Of a DNA stretch of 64,000 nt, positions 29,171 to 43,725 are shown piece after piece. The notes under the pieces are model-generated. The model saw only the letters and a program-made list of their open reading frames with translations, searched no databases and was not told the DNA's origin. The DNA comes from Octopus vulgaris (Eukaryota). The stretch is taken from positions 3,782,001 through 3,846,000 of the forward strand of contig OX597838.1 in assembly GCA_951406725.2 (NCBI GenBank), read 5' to 3'. The stretch's first letter is position 1, and every line of letters begins with the position of its first letter. The position numbers and the translations under genes were made by a program.

Positions 29171-29481
29171 GAGGAAGAACAATTAAAAGGACTGGCGTCT
29201 CGACTTATGCCAAAGTGAGTCACAGCAATTTATTGCCATTGTTTGGACGGTTCCAAAGTGTCAGGACTTCAAATTACATGGAATTGATCAACCACCGATA
29301 CTGACGGCAGATCAGATATATACATACATACATATATATATATATACATGGGGGCTGTGTTGGTGTGTGTGTGTGTGTGTGTGTGTGTACATATGTATGC
29401 ATATGTATATAAATATATATATACATACATGCATATATACAGAAAGACATACATACGTACATATATATGTGCTTGTGTGTG

Positions 29482-29519
<38 letters not shown>

Positions 29520-29660
29520 GCATATATATTTATATACACATATATGTGTATATATATACATATATATATATATGTGTGTGTATATATATAAATGCATGTA
29601 TACTGTATACATACACACAGGTACACACACAAATGCGTACATACATATACATATATGTAT

Positions 29661-29967
<307 letters not shown>

Positions 29968-30142
29968 TTCAAATGAATTTTGTTTTCTTTACAGCTCGTA
30001 TTTCACGCCATAGTGATCTATGTAAAATTCACAGCCGCATGCAACATGAGTCGACGGGAGGGAAAATTCCACTTTAAATAAATAATAGACTCTCCAACTT
30101 GTATTGAGTGCAGCCTTTACCATTCATTAGCAAACCAGAATG

Positions 30143-30203
<61 letters not shown>

Positions 30204-30541
30204 GGTGTGGAGCGGGCTAAATCCAGGTTACATATGTTTCGTAGCGAGGTCTTACGTAATAATTAATCAGTAAGATCTGTACTTGCTGATCAGATGATCG
30301 GTTAGCTAGGAAGCATAAGTAGCTTGGATTGGATTTTATTCGTTTCACTTCCCCATAATTTGGATTTCCTTTTTTCTTTTTTCCGTTTGGGAACAGATAC
30401 ACATCGCGAACACGCGTGTGTGTGTATGTATGTATGTATGTATGTATGTATGTATGTATGTATGTATGTATGTATGTATGTATGTATGTATGGGTGGGTG
30501 GTAACATAAGTTGTAATAACCATTTATTGTCTATATTTAAT

Positions 30542-31619
30542 TATTTATTACCCACAGGGGGCTAAACATAGAGGGTGCAAAGAAGGATAGACAACGGGAT
30601 TAAGTCGATTACATCGACCTCAGTGCGTTACTGGTACTTATTTAATCAACCCCGAAAGGATGACAAAGTGGACCTCGGCGGAAGTTGAACTCAGAACGAA
30701 ATACCAGCAGACAAAATACCTATTTCTTTACTACCCACAAGGGGCTAAACACAGAGAGAAAAACAAAGACAGACAAAGGGACATTACATCGACCCCAGTG
30801 CGTAACTGGTACTTAATTTATCGACCCCGAAAGGATGAAAGGTAAAGTCGACCTCTCCCGAATTTGAACTCAAAACGTAAAGACGGACGAAAGGCGGCAA
30901 AGGATTCTGACAGCTCGCTGTCTTACTTATTCAAATATTTATAATAATAATGATTTTAAATTTTGGTAGAAGGCCAGCAATTTCTGAGGAGGAGGTAAGT
31001 CGTTTGCGTCACCCCACCCCCAGTGCTCAACTGACACATATTTCATAGACCCCGAAAGGATGAAAGGAAAAATTAGGGAGTAAAGACCCAAACGAAAAGC
31101 CGCCAAACGTTTTGTCGTACGCGCTAACCTTTCTACCAAATCGACCAGACAAAGGCATTAAGTCGATTACGTCGACCCCAGTGCGTAACTGGTACTTAAT
31201 TTATCGACCCCGAAAGGATGAAAGGCAAAGTCGACCTCGGCGGAATTTGAACTCAGAACGTAGCGGCAGACGAAATCCTGCTACGCATTTCGCCCGGCGT
31301 GCTAACGTTTCTGCCAGCTCGCCCGCGCCTTATTCTACCAAACCGACCAGCGAAAGCCACTTTATTACCCACAAGGGGCTAAACATGGAGGGGACAAACA
31401 AGGACAGACATAGGTATTAAGTCGATTATATCGACCCCAGTGCGTAACTGGTACTTAATTTATCGACCCCGAAAGGATGAAAGGCAAAGTCGACCTCGGC
31501 GGAATTTGAACTCAGAACGTAGCGACAGACGAAATACTGCTAAGCATTTCGCCCGGCGTGCTAACGTTTCTGCCAGCTCGCCCGCGCCTTATTCTACCAA
31601 ACCGACCAGCGAAAGCCAA
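30542..31619 (-). mobile_element. Cluster of five SINE family B copies
   Basis: Repeated gaccccgaaaggatgaaagg core near 30648, 30823, 31047, 31206 and 31465. Confidence 0.9.
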
Positions 31620-32042
31620 CATATATACACCATCCTATCTTTTCCGCCACTCAGCCACTCCGCTAGTCTCGTGCTCTGGAATTTTAACTTAATAGAACTA
31701 AATAGAAAACCTATTTTGTACTGGTTAGGAAATATTGTTTAATTAAATGTTAGGAATGTTTAATAAGCTCACAGCTGTTACTCATTTAGTCTCTAAATGG
31801 TTTAAATATGTTAACCCTTGTTAATTCAATACTTTAATGAAATCGTGTTTCAAGAATTCCGAATTCTGCTTTTCGTACTAAAAATGGAAAAGCAGCGAAA
31901 ATTATGACAAATCTCTCTCTTTTTTTTTTTTTTGTTTTTCTTCTTTTTATTTGTGCTTGGTTTCTTTTTTGTTCATCCTTCTTCACGAAGAATAAGATGC
32001 AACGCGAAATCCGAAGAGAAAGGAATTATCTGGATTCTCTGA

Positions 32043-32044
<2 letters not shown>

Positions 32045-32073
<29 letters not shown>

Positions 32074-32305
32074 TGTATGTATGTATGTATGTATGTATGT
32101 ATGTATGTATGTATGTATGTATGTATGTATGTATGTATGTATGTATGCATGTGTGTATGTATGTATGTATGTATATATGTATGTATGCATGTATGCATGT
32201 ATGTATGTATGTATGTACGTATGTATGTATGTATGAATGTATGTATGTATATATGTATGTATGTATGTATGCATATATGTATGTATATATGTGTATGTAT
32301 ATATA

Positions 32306-32338
<33 letters not shown>

Positions 32339-32482
32339 ATATATGTATGTATGTATATATGTATATATGTGTATGTATGTATATATGTGTATGTATATAT
32401 ATGTGTGTGTGTATGTATGTATGTATGTATGTACGTATGTATGTATGTGCACACATACATACATACGTACATACATACACAT

Positions 32483-32550
<68 letters not shown>
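32045..32550. repeat. (TATG)n/(TA)n microsatellite block
   Basis: Directly visible. Confidence 0.95.
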
Positions 32551-32562
<12 letters not shown>

Positions 32563-32835
32563 ACATATGAGTGTGTGCGGTGCGTGTGTGAATTATGTAG
32601 ATAAGCATGTATGTAAATTTATGATATATATATATGTATATTTATGTGTGTGTGCGTACACATATGTATACATATGCGCACACAGACACACGCATAAGCG
32701 TGTGTCTGTGTGTTTGTGTGTGTGCGGAGAGAGAGGGGGAGGTGAAAGAGAGAGAGAGAGAGAGAGAGAGATGAGGGAACGCTGGCAAACTGAAGAGAAA
32801 TGGGAAAATAGAAGAAGAAGAAGAACAAGAACAAG

Positions 32836-32867
<32 letters not shown>

Positions 32868-33286
32868 CGACGACGACGACGACTACAACAACAACAGCAA
32901 CAAAAAGCTGAAGAACAGTGAGTACAAGATGGAGAGTAAAGATTTCCGATTTGTGTTAGACAACAATAAAACTTGTCAGAAAAACGTAATGGTCCGGAAT
33001 TATGTCAAGACTTCTGTATATTTTGTCCATTCTTTAGAAATGCCAGTAAAAATGGAAGAAGGAGAGAAGAATGGCAGAGGGAAAATGGTAAAGGAATGGC
33101 TAGAGTGGAGGACAATAAGAACGAGGATGTTGTGTGTCTGTTGTGAAAACTGACATAACGTAGATGAAAAGTTTGTTTTGTCTGAAAGGCAGACGACAGC
33201 TCAGGAGTGAGAAATCAATAACAGACAAGAGAATTCTACAAACGATAAATAAATAGATTCATAATAATAATAATAACAACAACAAC

Positions 33287-33450
<164 letters not shown>

Positions 33451-33452
33451 TA

Positions 33453-34030
33453 AACAGAGGAGTTTATCATAGCAGCTCAAGATCAATGCCTACCAACAAG
33501 AAACTACCAGGCCAACATATCAAAGAACGGCAGTAGCCCAATATGTCGTATATGTCAACAACAAAATGAAACCATTGATCATGTTGTCTCCAAGTGCAGT
33601 CTTCTAGCGCCTACAGAGTATCTCAACAGGCATGATAGAGCTGCACAATATATTCACTGGGTAATTTGCAAAAACCTAGATTTGCCCCATGAAAAAAACT
33701 GGTGGTAACACAAACCACCTCCAGTGCTTGAAAATGACCACATCTCACTCCTCTGGAACTTCACCATTCAAACTGACAGGAAGATAGATGCAAATAGGCC
33801 AGACTTCATATTGAAAGACTTCAGACAAAGAACATGCCTCCTCATTGATATGACTGTCCCAATCGATATAAGCGTATCTGTCAAGACCTACCAAAAACTG
33901 AACAAGTATAAAGATCTTGAAATAGAAATCAGCAAAATGTGGAACCTGAAGACTAAAACAATACCTGTTGTCATAGGTGCCCTGGGAGTGATAGCGAAAG
34001 GGGCTGATTGCTACCTAACTCAGATATCAG
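33453..34030 (+). pseudogene. R4/Dong-like LINE fragment (zinc knuckle plus RLE), starting in (TAA)n
   Basis: CRIC...ETIDHVVSKC...RHD...WW*HKP...NRPDFIL...LIDMTVP...KLNKYKDL...IPVVIGALG; internal stop. Confidence 0.9.
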
Positions 34031-34279
34031 TTTGTGCCAGTCACGAGGCCAAACGTCCCTGAAAGTTTCATCCGAATCCATCCAGCGATAAAACATTTAC
34101 CTAGAACTAAATTAAGTACGAAATAATAAATAAATAAATATTATATAATTAGTATTTGTATAATTTAATTATGTCATTGTTGAATTGCTACATGGTGGTT
34201 CTTCTCTAATTTATATACATGTATAATATATATTGTGAAATTTGATTATTATTATTATTTTTTTTTTTTTATTATTTTA

Positions 34280-34404
<125 letters not shown>

Positions 34405-34419
34405 TTATTATTATTATTA

Positions 34420-35608
34420 CTTTTCTTTTCTTCTTTCAAATTTGCTTCCATTTCTTGCCGAGTGTCTTCCCGACTCCTAGGGCAAAGAAACTCATAGTAT
34501 ACATTGGTAGGCCATTAAACCAAACTCAATAGTTCGTTCATTTTTTTTTTTTTTAATTTTTTAAGTTAAATTAAAATACATGAGCAGCAACAGTTCTCAC
34601 ATCGACAATGCTCTTCTCAATACGTGTGATGTACCAGTTAAGACAATCTTTTGCACTTCTTGCAGGGATGGTAAGCCAGGGATCATTCTCATATAATTTT
34701 CGGTTCCCTTCTTGATCATTCCTAGTGCTCCTACGATCACTGGTATTGTAACCGCCTTGAGATGCCACATTTTCTCAATTTCAATGAGTAGGTCTTTATA
34801 TTTTCTGAGCTTGTCAAACTCTTTCGCTGAGATATTATGATCACAGGGGATGCTCATGTCGATCAATAAGCAAACTTTATTGTTTTGGTCTTTCACAACA
34901 ATATCTGGTTTATTGGCCTTGATGGTTCGGTCTGTATGTACTGGAAAGTCCCACAGAATGGTTACATTTTCTCCTTCAGTTACAGCCTCAGGGTGGTGAT
35001 TATACCACTTGTCGGCAGTTTTGATATTGTAATGCCGACTTATTAGCCAGTGTAGATATTGGCCAACTCTGTCATGTCTTAATTTATACTCCACTGGTGC
35101 TAAGACTTTACATCCAGAGATTAGATGGTCCACTGTTTCAATCATGTCGTTGCAGAATCGGCATTTTGGGTCTGCTCCATTTTTCATCACATTGGCCTGG
35201 TAGTTCCGGGTTAATAGGCTTTGATCTTGAGCAGCCAGGATGAAACCTTCGCTCTCTGCTTTTAGCCCTGAGCTCCGTAGCCACTGATGGGTTTGCTTCT
35301 GGTCAACATCAGCTTGTTTGCTGCGGGTCACATATTTGCCGTGCAGAGGTTTCTCCTCCCACCTATCAGCCAATTGCTCGTGCGCTTTTTTAGTTGCCAT
35401 CATTTTCACCTTCTTTGCAACAATAGTTGCCGTACTTCCCTCGGGTTGTTCAGTTTGGGTATCCTGCACGAGATCAATAGCAAATTTTTTGCTTTCCTTT
35501 ATGATAGAATGAAGCTTCTTTCGTCTCTCGTGATTTTCCACGAGCTTTAGCATCCAGTCATTCGATATTTCGAGATATTTGGCCAGTCCAATTGTGGTTG
35601 TTTTGTAT
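34420..35608 (-). mobile_element. 5'-truncated R4/Dong-like LINE with an uninterrupted C-terminal ORF and 3' UTR, inside (TAA)n
   Basis: About 337 aa without stops (35608 to 34597): LHGKY, AAQDQ, CRFC..ETVDHLISGC, RHD, KPDIVV, IDMSIP, KLRKYKDL, PVIVGALG. (TAA)n on both sides. Confidence 0.95.
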
Positions 35609-35624
35609 ATTATTATTATTATTA

Positions 35625-35716
<92 letters not shown>

Positions 35717-35729
35717 ATCATTATTATTA

Positions 35730-35817
<88 letters not shown>

Positions 35818-36100
35818 AAGCGGAGAAAAAAAGACAGGTCGATGGTCGCCGAGACCGTGATGGGATTTTGTTACCAATCCATCGACACCGATCGAGATTG
35901 AAGAGTTTATAAACAGATGCTACGCTGTTTCATCACGGAGCGACACGGTTTATCAGACATGTCTATCTTTACTATCAGTCATCAGTCATCAGTCATCACG
36001 CGTGGGTATCAGTTTAATCCTGCCATGTTTGATTCGTATCAACACTGCCAATGAAGTCATTAAGATCTGCCAACGTTTTTCCTCCGACCTCCCGTCTATT

Positions 36101-36419
36101 TCCTTCTTCTTCTTCTTCTTCTTCTTCTTCTTCTTCTTCTTCTTCTTCTTCTTCTTCTTCTTCTTCTTCTTCTTCTTCTTTATCTTCTTCTTCTTCTTCT
36201 TCTTCTTCCTCGTCTTCTTCTTCTTCTTCTTCTTCTTCTTCTTCTTCTTCTTCTTCTTCTTCTTCTTCTTCTTCTTCTTCTTCTTCTTCTTCTTCTTCTT
36301 CTTCCTCGTCTTCTTCTTCTTCTTCTTCTTCTTCTTCTTCTTCTTCTTCTTCTTCATTTTCTTCTTCTTCTTCTTCTTCTTCTTCTTCTTCTTCTTCTTC
36401 TTCATTTTCTTCTTCTTCA
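36101..36419. repeat. (TTC)n/(GAA)n tract, about 320 bp
   Basis: Directly visible, with few interruptions. Confidence 0.97.
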
Positions 36420-37164
36420 CCGGTGCCATCATCATAACCACTACCACTATCACTGCCTCTACCCTACCACCACCACCACCACCACCATCACTACCACCAC
36501 CACTACCACCACCGCCTCCAACAGCAACACCACACTCTTTTTTTCCTACGCCTCCCACCAGTACCCGAGTGTGGGGGGAAGACGATTACTGCTTCTGACG
36601 GTTACATCAGTCACTCGGGTGTGGCGGGGTACAATCTGATCGCTGAACTTCGTGATTTGGAGGTTGGCATAACCGTTTTCCTTCTCCTCTCTGTGTGTGT
36701 GTGTGTGTGTGTGTGTGTTTTAACGATCGTTTCAACAGTTTGTGCTGAAGACGACGAAGGTGAATTGGCAAAGTTTTAAGAACATCGGAGAGAAAGCAAC
36801 GATGTCGGGTTTACCTACACACACACACATACATGTTTGTGTATGTATGTACGTGCATGTATGCGTATGTGTGTGTGTATGTATGTGTGTGTGCGCGTGC
36901 GCGCGTGCGTGTGTGTGTGTGTACACAAATCGATCGAAAATAGAAATAAAAGGAAAACAGTTCAAGAAAAGAACGTGCGGGGTTAAATTTCGCCGTTGGT
37001 CTGAGAATCGAAACCACATCCGTGCGATCGTGAGAGCTACACTCTAAGCACTACGATGTATGTATGTATATTCATGTATATACGATGTATGTATGTATGT
37101 ATATTCATGTATATATATATATGCATGTGTGTTTGAAATATTTGGGGAATTTCTCAATTTGCCC

Positions 37165-37207
<43 letters not shown>

Positions 37208-37288
37208 TACTACTAACAAATATAGGATGAAGCCCCTTTCTCTACAGAAAAGAATTCCATCAGGAAGCGTGGCAGTATATTAAAAAAA

Positions 37289-37343
<55 letters not shown>

Positions 37344-37674
37344 CTACATACCTACATACATACAATTAAAGTAATTATAAACACATACATTTTAACACTT
37401 GATACATTGTTGTCTGAATCAAAAACTGATTTGTTATGGGAAGCAGTTGTCGTACATTCCTTCGCGAAGACATAAGGATCCAATCTCGAAGAGATGAGGC
37501 AGAAAATATCGGCCGACAAATTTTTAGCAGAACAGTTGGCCTTGTTTGTGCGGGCGTTCGTTTATGTTGATAAATTGGTTAAGAGATGAGATTATAGTGA
37601 CGACAATAAGGGAATGGATAGCTGTCATATCGGCGGGCTGACGGTCAATATACACAAAAAATTATACACACATA

Positions 37675-37897
37675 CAATAATTCCTTGACTATCGCGGGTG
37701 TTACATTCCAAAATCCCTGCGATAGGTGAAAATCCGCGAAGTAGAAATAGTACTGTGTTGTATTGTATTTTTTTATTATTTTTATAATTTGTACATATTT
37801 ATTTTATTATAAATTCAAAACAACGCCACAGAGGAATCGACGTAAGCTTAAATAATAAACCGCGATAGGTGAACCGCGATATGGCGAAGGATTACTG
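37675..37897. mobile_element. Tigger/pogo-like MITE with TA target-site duplication
   Basis: ta-caataattccttgactatcgcgg ... ccgcgatatggcgaaggattactg-ta (imperfect TIRs); homologous to 963-1218. Confidence 0.75.
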
Positions 37898-37949
37898 TAC
37901 ATATATAAGTAAATGCGTGTGTGTCTGTGTATACACACACGCACACACA

Positions 37950-38160
37950 CTCTTTCACTTGTTTCGGTCATTTGACTGCGGCCATGCTGAAGCATCGCCT
38001 TCAAGTGGTTTAGTTGAAGAAATCAATCCTCGAATTAATTCTTTGTAAGCTTAGTACTTACTCTATCCGTCTCACTTGCCGAACCGCTAAGTTACGTGGA
38101 CATAAACACGCCAACATCAATTGTCAAGCGATGGTGGTGGAACAACACAGACACAAAAGC
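37950..38160 (-). mobile_element. SINE family A, 3' half
   Basis: cttgtttcggtcatttgactgcggccatgctg...gccgaaccgctaagttacg. Confidence 0.8.
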
Positions 38161-38169
38161 ACACACATT

Positions 38170-38353
<184 letters not shown>

Positions 38354-39112
38354 CATACATGTGTGTGTGTAGAGGGTGGAAAAGTTACACAATAAAACAA
38401 GGTAGAAAATGCTAAGATAATGTTATCATGCACTCACACGCACATAAAAGAACATATACACGCACACCCATCCTCACACATACACAGACGCTCACACACA
38501 CACATACAAAAGCACACAGTTATACAGACACAAGGCACACATACGTTCATATACATGTACATCCATCCACACACATGCACATTATACTCAAGGACACACA
38601 GACACACTCACACACACACATATACACGCACACACATACACACACATACCCACACATACACACATATAAAAGTACAGTTATACAGAAACACAGGCACACA
38701 TACGCTTATATATATATATGTACACCCATCTACACACATACACATATATATTCAAGCACACACACACATTCGCACAGACACACACACACACACACAGTCA
38801 ATAAAAGGCCCAAAGTGAATTCAAGTACAAAAGCAATAAGACCGCATAATGACGAGTGTGTGGCGGTGAGGGAGGCGTTTGATGTTTGTGGGTGGTGGTG
38901 GGCCAATTTGGTAAGTACTACCACACCTAAATATAGAACTACACCAATAATAGGAATTTTATGAAGATATTCTGACATGGAAAAGTATTTTGGGAACAAG
39001 AATTGTTCGCAGTTGTTTGGCATGAACGAAGATCGGTGTTTGTCAAAGACACGACATATGGTAACACTTGTTAAAGAGATGCGATCTTACACGGTCGTTC
39101 TATTTGGGCGCG

Positions 39113-39167
<55 letters not shown>

Positions 39168-39312
39168 AACACATATATGTGTATATATTTGAGTGAGTGC
39201 GTGCATGTGTGTGTGTGTATAGATGTAGATATTGATATAGATAGATAGACGAATATAGATGTAGAGACCTTTGCGTATATATGTATACATACATATACAT
39301 ATATATAATTTT

Positions 39313-39417
<105 letters not shown>

Positions 39418-39911
39418 TATATATATATATATATATATGAATATATGTACTTATATATATATTGCACATATGACTATATATGTATGTATGAATACCCTTA
39501 TGACTATATATATATATATACATATATAAATACATGTACATATATATATATATGTATATATATGTATATATGTCTTTATATACATATATATGTATACATA
39601 GATTATATATATTGAATACATATATATATATACACACATACACACATATATATGTATGTATGTATGCATATATGTATCTTATGTATGAACTAAAGTATTT
39701 TAATTAGTCACTATAAATATGTAAGAATGTAAATTGTATATAGACATTCATTGTTCTAGAAATCCCCACATGTGTGCGCGCGTGTATATGTATGCATGCA
39801 ATTCCATACATTCATACATAAATACACACACATGCGCATATATATATATATAAACATACAAATATCTATCCATGCGCGTGCGCGTATATAGATATATAAA
39901 TTTGTGTGTGT

Positions 39912-39956
<45 letters not shown>

Positions 39957-40110
39957 CGTATATATACGTATAAGCGCTCATGTCCGTGTGCGTGTTTTTT
40001 CATATTGTATGTATGTATTTAATTAAGACTGGGTGATCATGACTGGAATGTCTTTTATCATTCATGCGTGTCCGTGTGTATGTATGCAACTATAATCATA
40101 TATATAAATT

Positions 40111-40173
<63 letters not shown>

Positions 40174-40351
40174 GCAGACGGACGGACGGACAGACGGACA
40201 GACAGACGGACGGATGAATGGATGCATGCTTAACCGAAAAATGTGTGGCCGAAAGTGGATGATCACGAATACCAGCGACCGAATTGGGTTTAGTCCGAAG
40301 TGTCTCTGGGTTACCATTATTCGTCAAAGAACGTTGCTCGGAGATCAGGGA

Positions 40352-40564
40352 ATCTTTTCTACCCTAGGCACAAAGCCCGAAATTTTGTGGGTGGGAGTCA
40401 GTCGATTAGATCGATCCAAATACGCAACTGGTACTTAATTTATCGACTCCGAAAGGATGAAAGACAAAGTCGACCTCGGCGGAATTTGAACTCAGAACGT
40501 AGCGACAGACGAACTACCGTTAAGCATTTCGCCCGGCGCGCTAACGTTTCTGCCAGCTCACCGC
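40352..40564 (-). mobile_element. SINE family B, full length (tail type B)
   Basis: Matches the 17620-17788 head and core; tail tctaccctaggcacaaagccc. Confidence 0.88.
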
Positions 40565-40604
40565 GTTTAATGCTCCATATATTGAAGCGTTAATTAACGT
40601 GATC

Positions 40605-40900
40605 TTCCATCCATTTGCTCTCCCCTCTACTCTTGGGGTGCTCGCGATGGTTGATTGCTCAAGCACGTCCTCCATTGGGTCATATTAATGACCCAATGGA
40701 GGACCTGATGAAGCAGCCGTCATTTCACTTTCCGGATTGATTCCCAAGCACGATTACTTGGAACTATGGATATTATTATTCTTGGTCTTCTCCAAATCTT
40801 CTGCCAGTTCGCTCAGCTTGAAGAATCTGTCTTGCAATTCTTTCCTGCGACATTCTAATCACATGTCTGTGGTACCGGAATGGTCAACTCTCAATGCGCA
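40605..40900 (-). mobile_element. RTE-like LINE 3' remnant
   Basis: Similar to 16650-16980 (attcccaagc..., cacatgtc..taccgga); (CCAT)n tail. Confidence 0.6.
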
Positions 40901-41025
40901 GACGTGGTGGATCAACCTGGGGAGAGACTCCCTAAACTTCGAGCAAAGCACCCTATAGAGTAACGTTACGCCAGGGATCCTACCCCCCATTGTTAATGAC
41001 TTGCAGGTAAATACATATACGAAAC

Positions 41026-41200
<175 letters not shown>

Positions 41201-41233
41201 GTAATAATGATAATGATGATGATGATGATGATG

Positions 41234-41520
41234 ATAAAAGGTACTGAAACCTATTTGAAAATGATACCAGGCTTACCATCCCTACAGGAAGTGCAAAAAA
41301 TCGTGTTTACTGGAATGACTCATGTACTGAGAAGAGCATTATCGCTGTGAAAACAACATCCATTCAGGAATTTATTTAATTATTAATTTTTTTTAAATAC
41401 ATATTTTACCTGTGAATTTGCGTGTGTAATCTGGGAATGCATACAATGAGCTTCTCTGCTCTAGGTGTACGGAAAACACTCGACGAGAAATGGAAGATAA
41501 TTTGAAGAAGGAAAAAAACA
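41234..41520 (+). mobile_element. Dong-like LINE 3' end (same family as 34420), inside (TAA)n
   Basis: KGTETYLKMIPGLPSLQEVQKIVFTGMTHVLRRALSL*. The UTR shares acactcg..agaaatggaag..aatttgaa. Confidence 0.9.
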
Positions 41521-41534
41521 ACAGCAACAAAAAC

Positions 41535-41580
<46 letters not shown>

Positions 41581-41609
41581 GCATAATGGCACCGAAAAAA
41601 TTTCCCCAA

Positions 41610-41655
41610 GACACCTGATGAAGGCTGGAGGGTATATCAGCCGAAAAGTTGTGTT
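41610..41655 (+). ncRNA. Minimal type I hammerhead ribozyme, canonical core, in a PLE-like pLTR (41598-41731)
   Basis: gacac CTGATGA a ggctg-gagggtatat-cagcc GAAA AG TT gtgtt. The paralogue at 606 reads GAAACGTT, so stem III carries one substitution here. Confidence 0.78.
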
Positions 41656-42408
41656 AACAACAAGCAAGATGAGGACAAATATCCGCCGAAGGTAAATAAT
41701 GCACACAATTCCTCATCTCTTGAATATAGAATTGTAATACGAAACATGTTAACAAAACTCGGTGATGGCTTTAATTTCAATAGAATATCTTTAGAGATAA
41801 CCCGAACAAGGGACGCCATTGTGACCACTTGCATTCGCACAATAAGTAAAGATGGGCAGACGACATTTTTAAATGATGTTATCGCAGGACAACAGTTGTT
41901 GTTTAGTCTCTGCGGATTAATATATACAACAAAGTTAAATATTCACTACTTTCTGCAAGTATGTTTGTGCTGCGAAAATTATTCAATTTATTCTGAAAAG
42001 AAAATAGTTTTAAATACGATATCAAATGGCTTCAGACTATTTAGATGAAGTGAACGTTGTGGCGTATACTTTCACAGGAAGTTTGAATTACTAACGATGG
42101 CATGTAAAAATATTTCTGTGTTTCGGGACATCAAAAGAGATAGAAAGACAGAAAGAGGAAGGGAGAGAGAGAGAGAGAGGATAGGTGAAGATGGTGAATG
42201 AGAGGAAGAGAGAAAGGTGGGAGGAGAGATGATAGAGAACACGGAGGGCAGATGGAAGCAGACCAACATTTGTCGATTTTACATGTGGTTGGGAAGACAT
42301 ATAACGATGATGGCAATGACGGTGGGGGGGGGGGGGCAGGTGGGTGGAAGTGGTGTGGAGGTTCAGACGATGAAAGGATTGCAATGACAATAATAATGAC
42401 AATGGTTG

Positions 42409-42442
<34 letters not shown>

Positions 42443-42540
42443 GGTGGTGGTGGTGGTGATCATGATGGTATGTATGGTGGTTTTGGTGGTAGTGGTGGTG
42501 ATGATGATGAGAAGGAAGTGATGGAAAAAGAGAAGGATGG

Positions 42541-42586
<46 letters not shown>

Positions 42587-43037
42587 GGGGTATGATGATG
42601 ATGATGAGGAGGAGGAGGAGGTGATGGAGGAAGAGGCGGATGGGGATGACGGTGATGATGGGGATGAAGGTGGTGTTAAGTGGTAGTGATAACGGAGATG
42701 GTGGCGGTGGTGGTAATGATGACGAAGGCAAGAACGATGACAATGATGAAGATGACGACGACGACGACAACGACGACGAGGACGACGATGATGATATCGA
42801 TACGTGGCAGGCATCGTGTGTGTATATGTGCGCTCAAGTCCTCTAGGTTTACAATTGAGAGATAAACAGGGTGGGTTTGCATGTTTGCGTGTTTGTGTAT
42901 ACCAATGGGTGTGGCCCATCAGATGGAGAGACACGCCGGGAAGGACTAAGGTTCATGCTGGTTAACGAGCCAACGGAATCCTCGCTCTCTCTCTCTCTTT
43001 ATATACACATGCATCATAATGATGATGGTGATGATGA

Positions 43038-43071
<34 letters not shown>

Positions 43072-43288
43072 GGTGGTGGTGGTGGTGGTGGTGGTGGTAG
43101 TGGTGGTGGTGGTGTATGCCTGTGGGCGTATATATATACATCTACATATAGCGTACATACATATATATATATATATATATATGCATATCAAATATACATA
43201 TGTAGTTATACACTCTTCCTCACACGTACACACACATATATTAGTAAGTGGCAAGTCCAGGTTTGTATACACACACACACACACAGAC

Positions 43289-43330
<42 letters not shown>

Positions 43331-43334
<4 letters not shown>

Positions 43335-43490
43335 CGGGAAGCTTTATGAAAATAAACAAAAGACGAAGGCAGGTGCAAAACAAACGAACAATTGTATTAG
43401 TATGGCGCTCAGGAAATATAAATAAAACAAGTCTTTAACGTTTCGAGCCTACGCTCTTCAACAGAAAGATACACAGAGAGAGAAAAACAC

Positions 43491-43492
<2 letters not shown>
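43331..43492 (-). mobile_element. PLE-like pLTR fragment in (TA)n carrying a hammerhead at 43432-43469
   Basis: Minus strand: tcttt CTGTTGA a gagc-gtag-gctc GAAA CG TT aaaga. Confidence 0.78.
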
Positions 43493-43553
<61 letters not shown>

Positions 43554-43589
43554 TAGATAGATAGACGCTAGATAGGCAGACAGACAGAC

Positions 43590-43645
<56 letters not shown>

Positions 43646-43671
43646 CTATATATAACTATATCTATATATAG

Positions 43672-43725
<54 letters not shown>

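Noticed and set aside
35609-35877. N-terminus of the 426-aa ORF
   Set aside because: (ATA)n read-through upstream of a 5'-truncated LINE; not part of the protein.
40705-40730. CTGATGA right after a palindrome, as a hammerhead core
   Set aside because: No stem II or GAAA box follows; the segment aligns with the RTE remnant.
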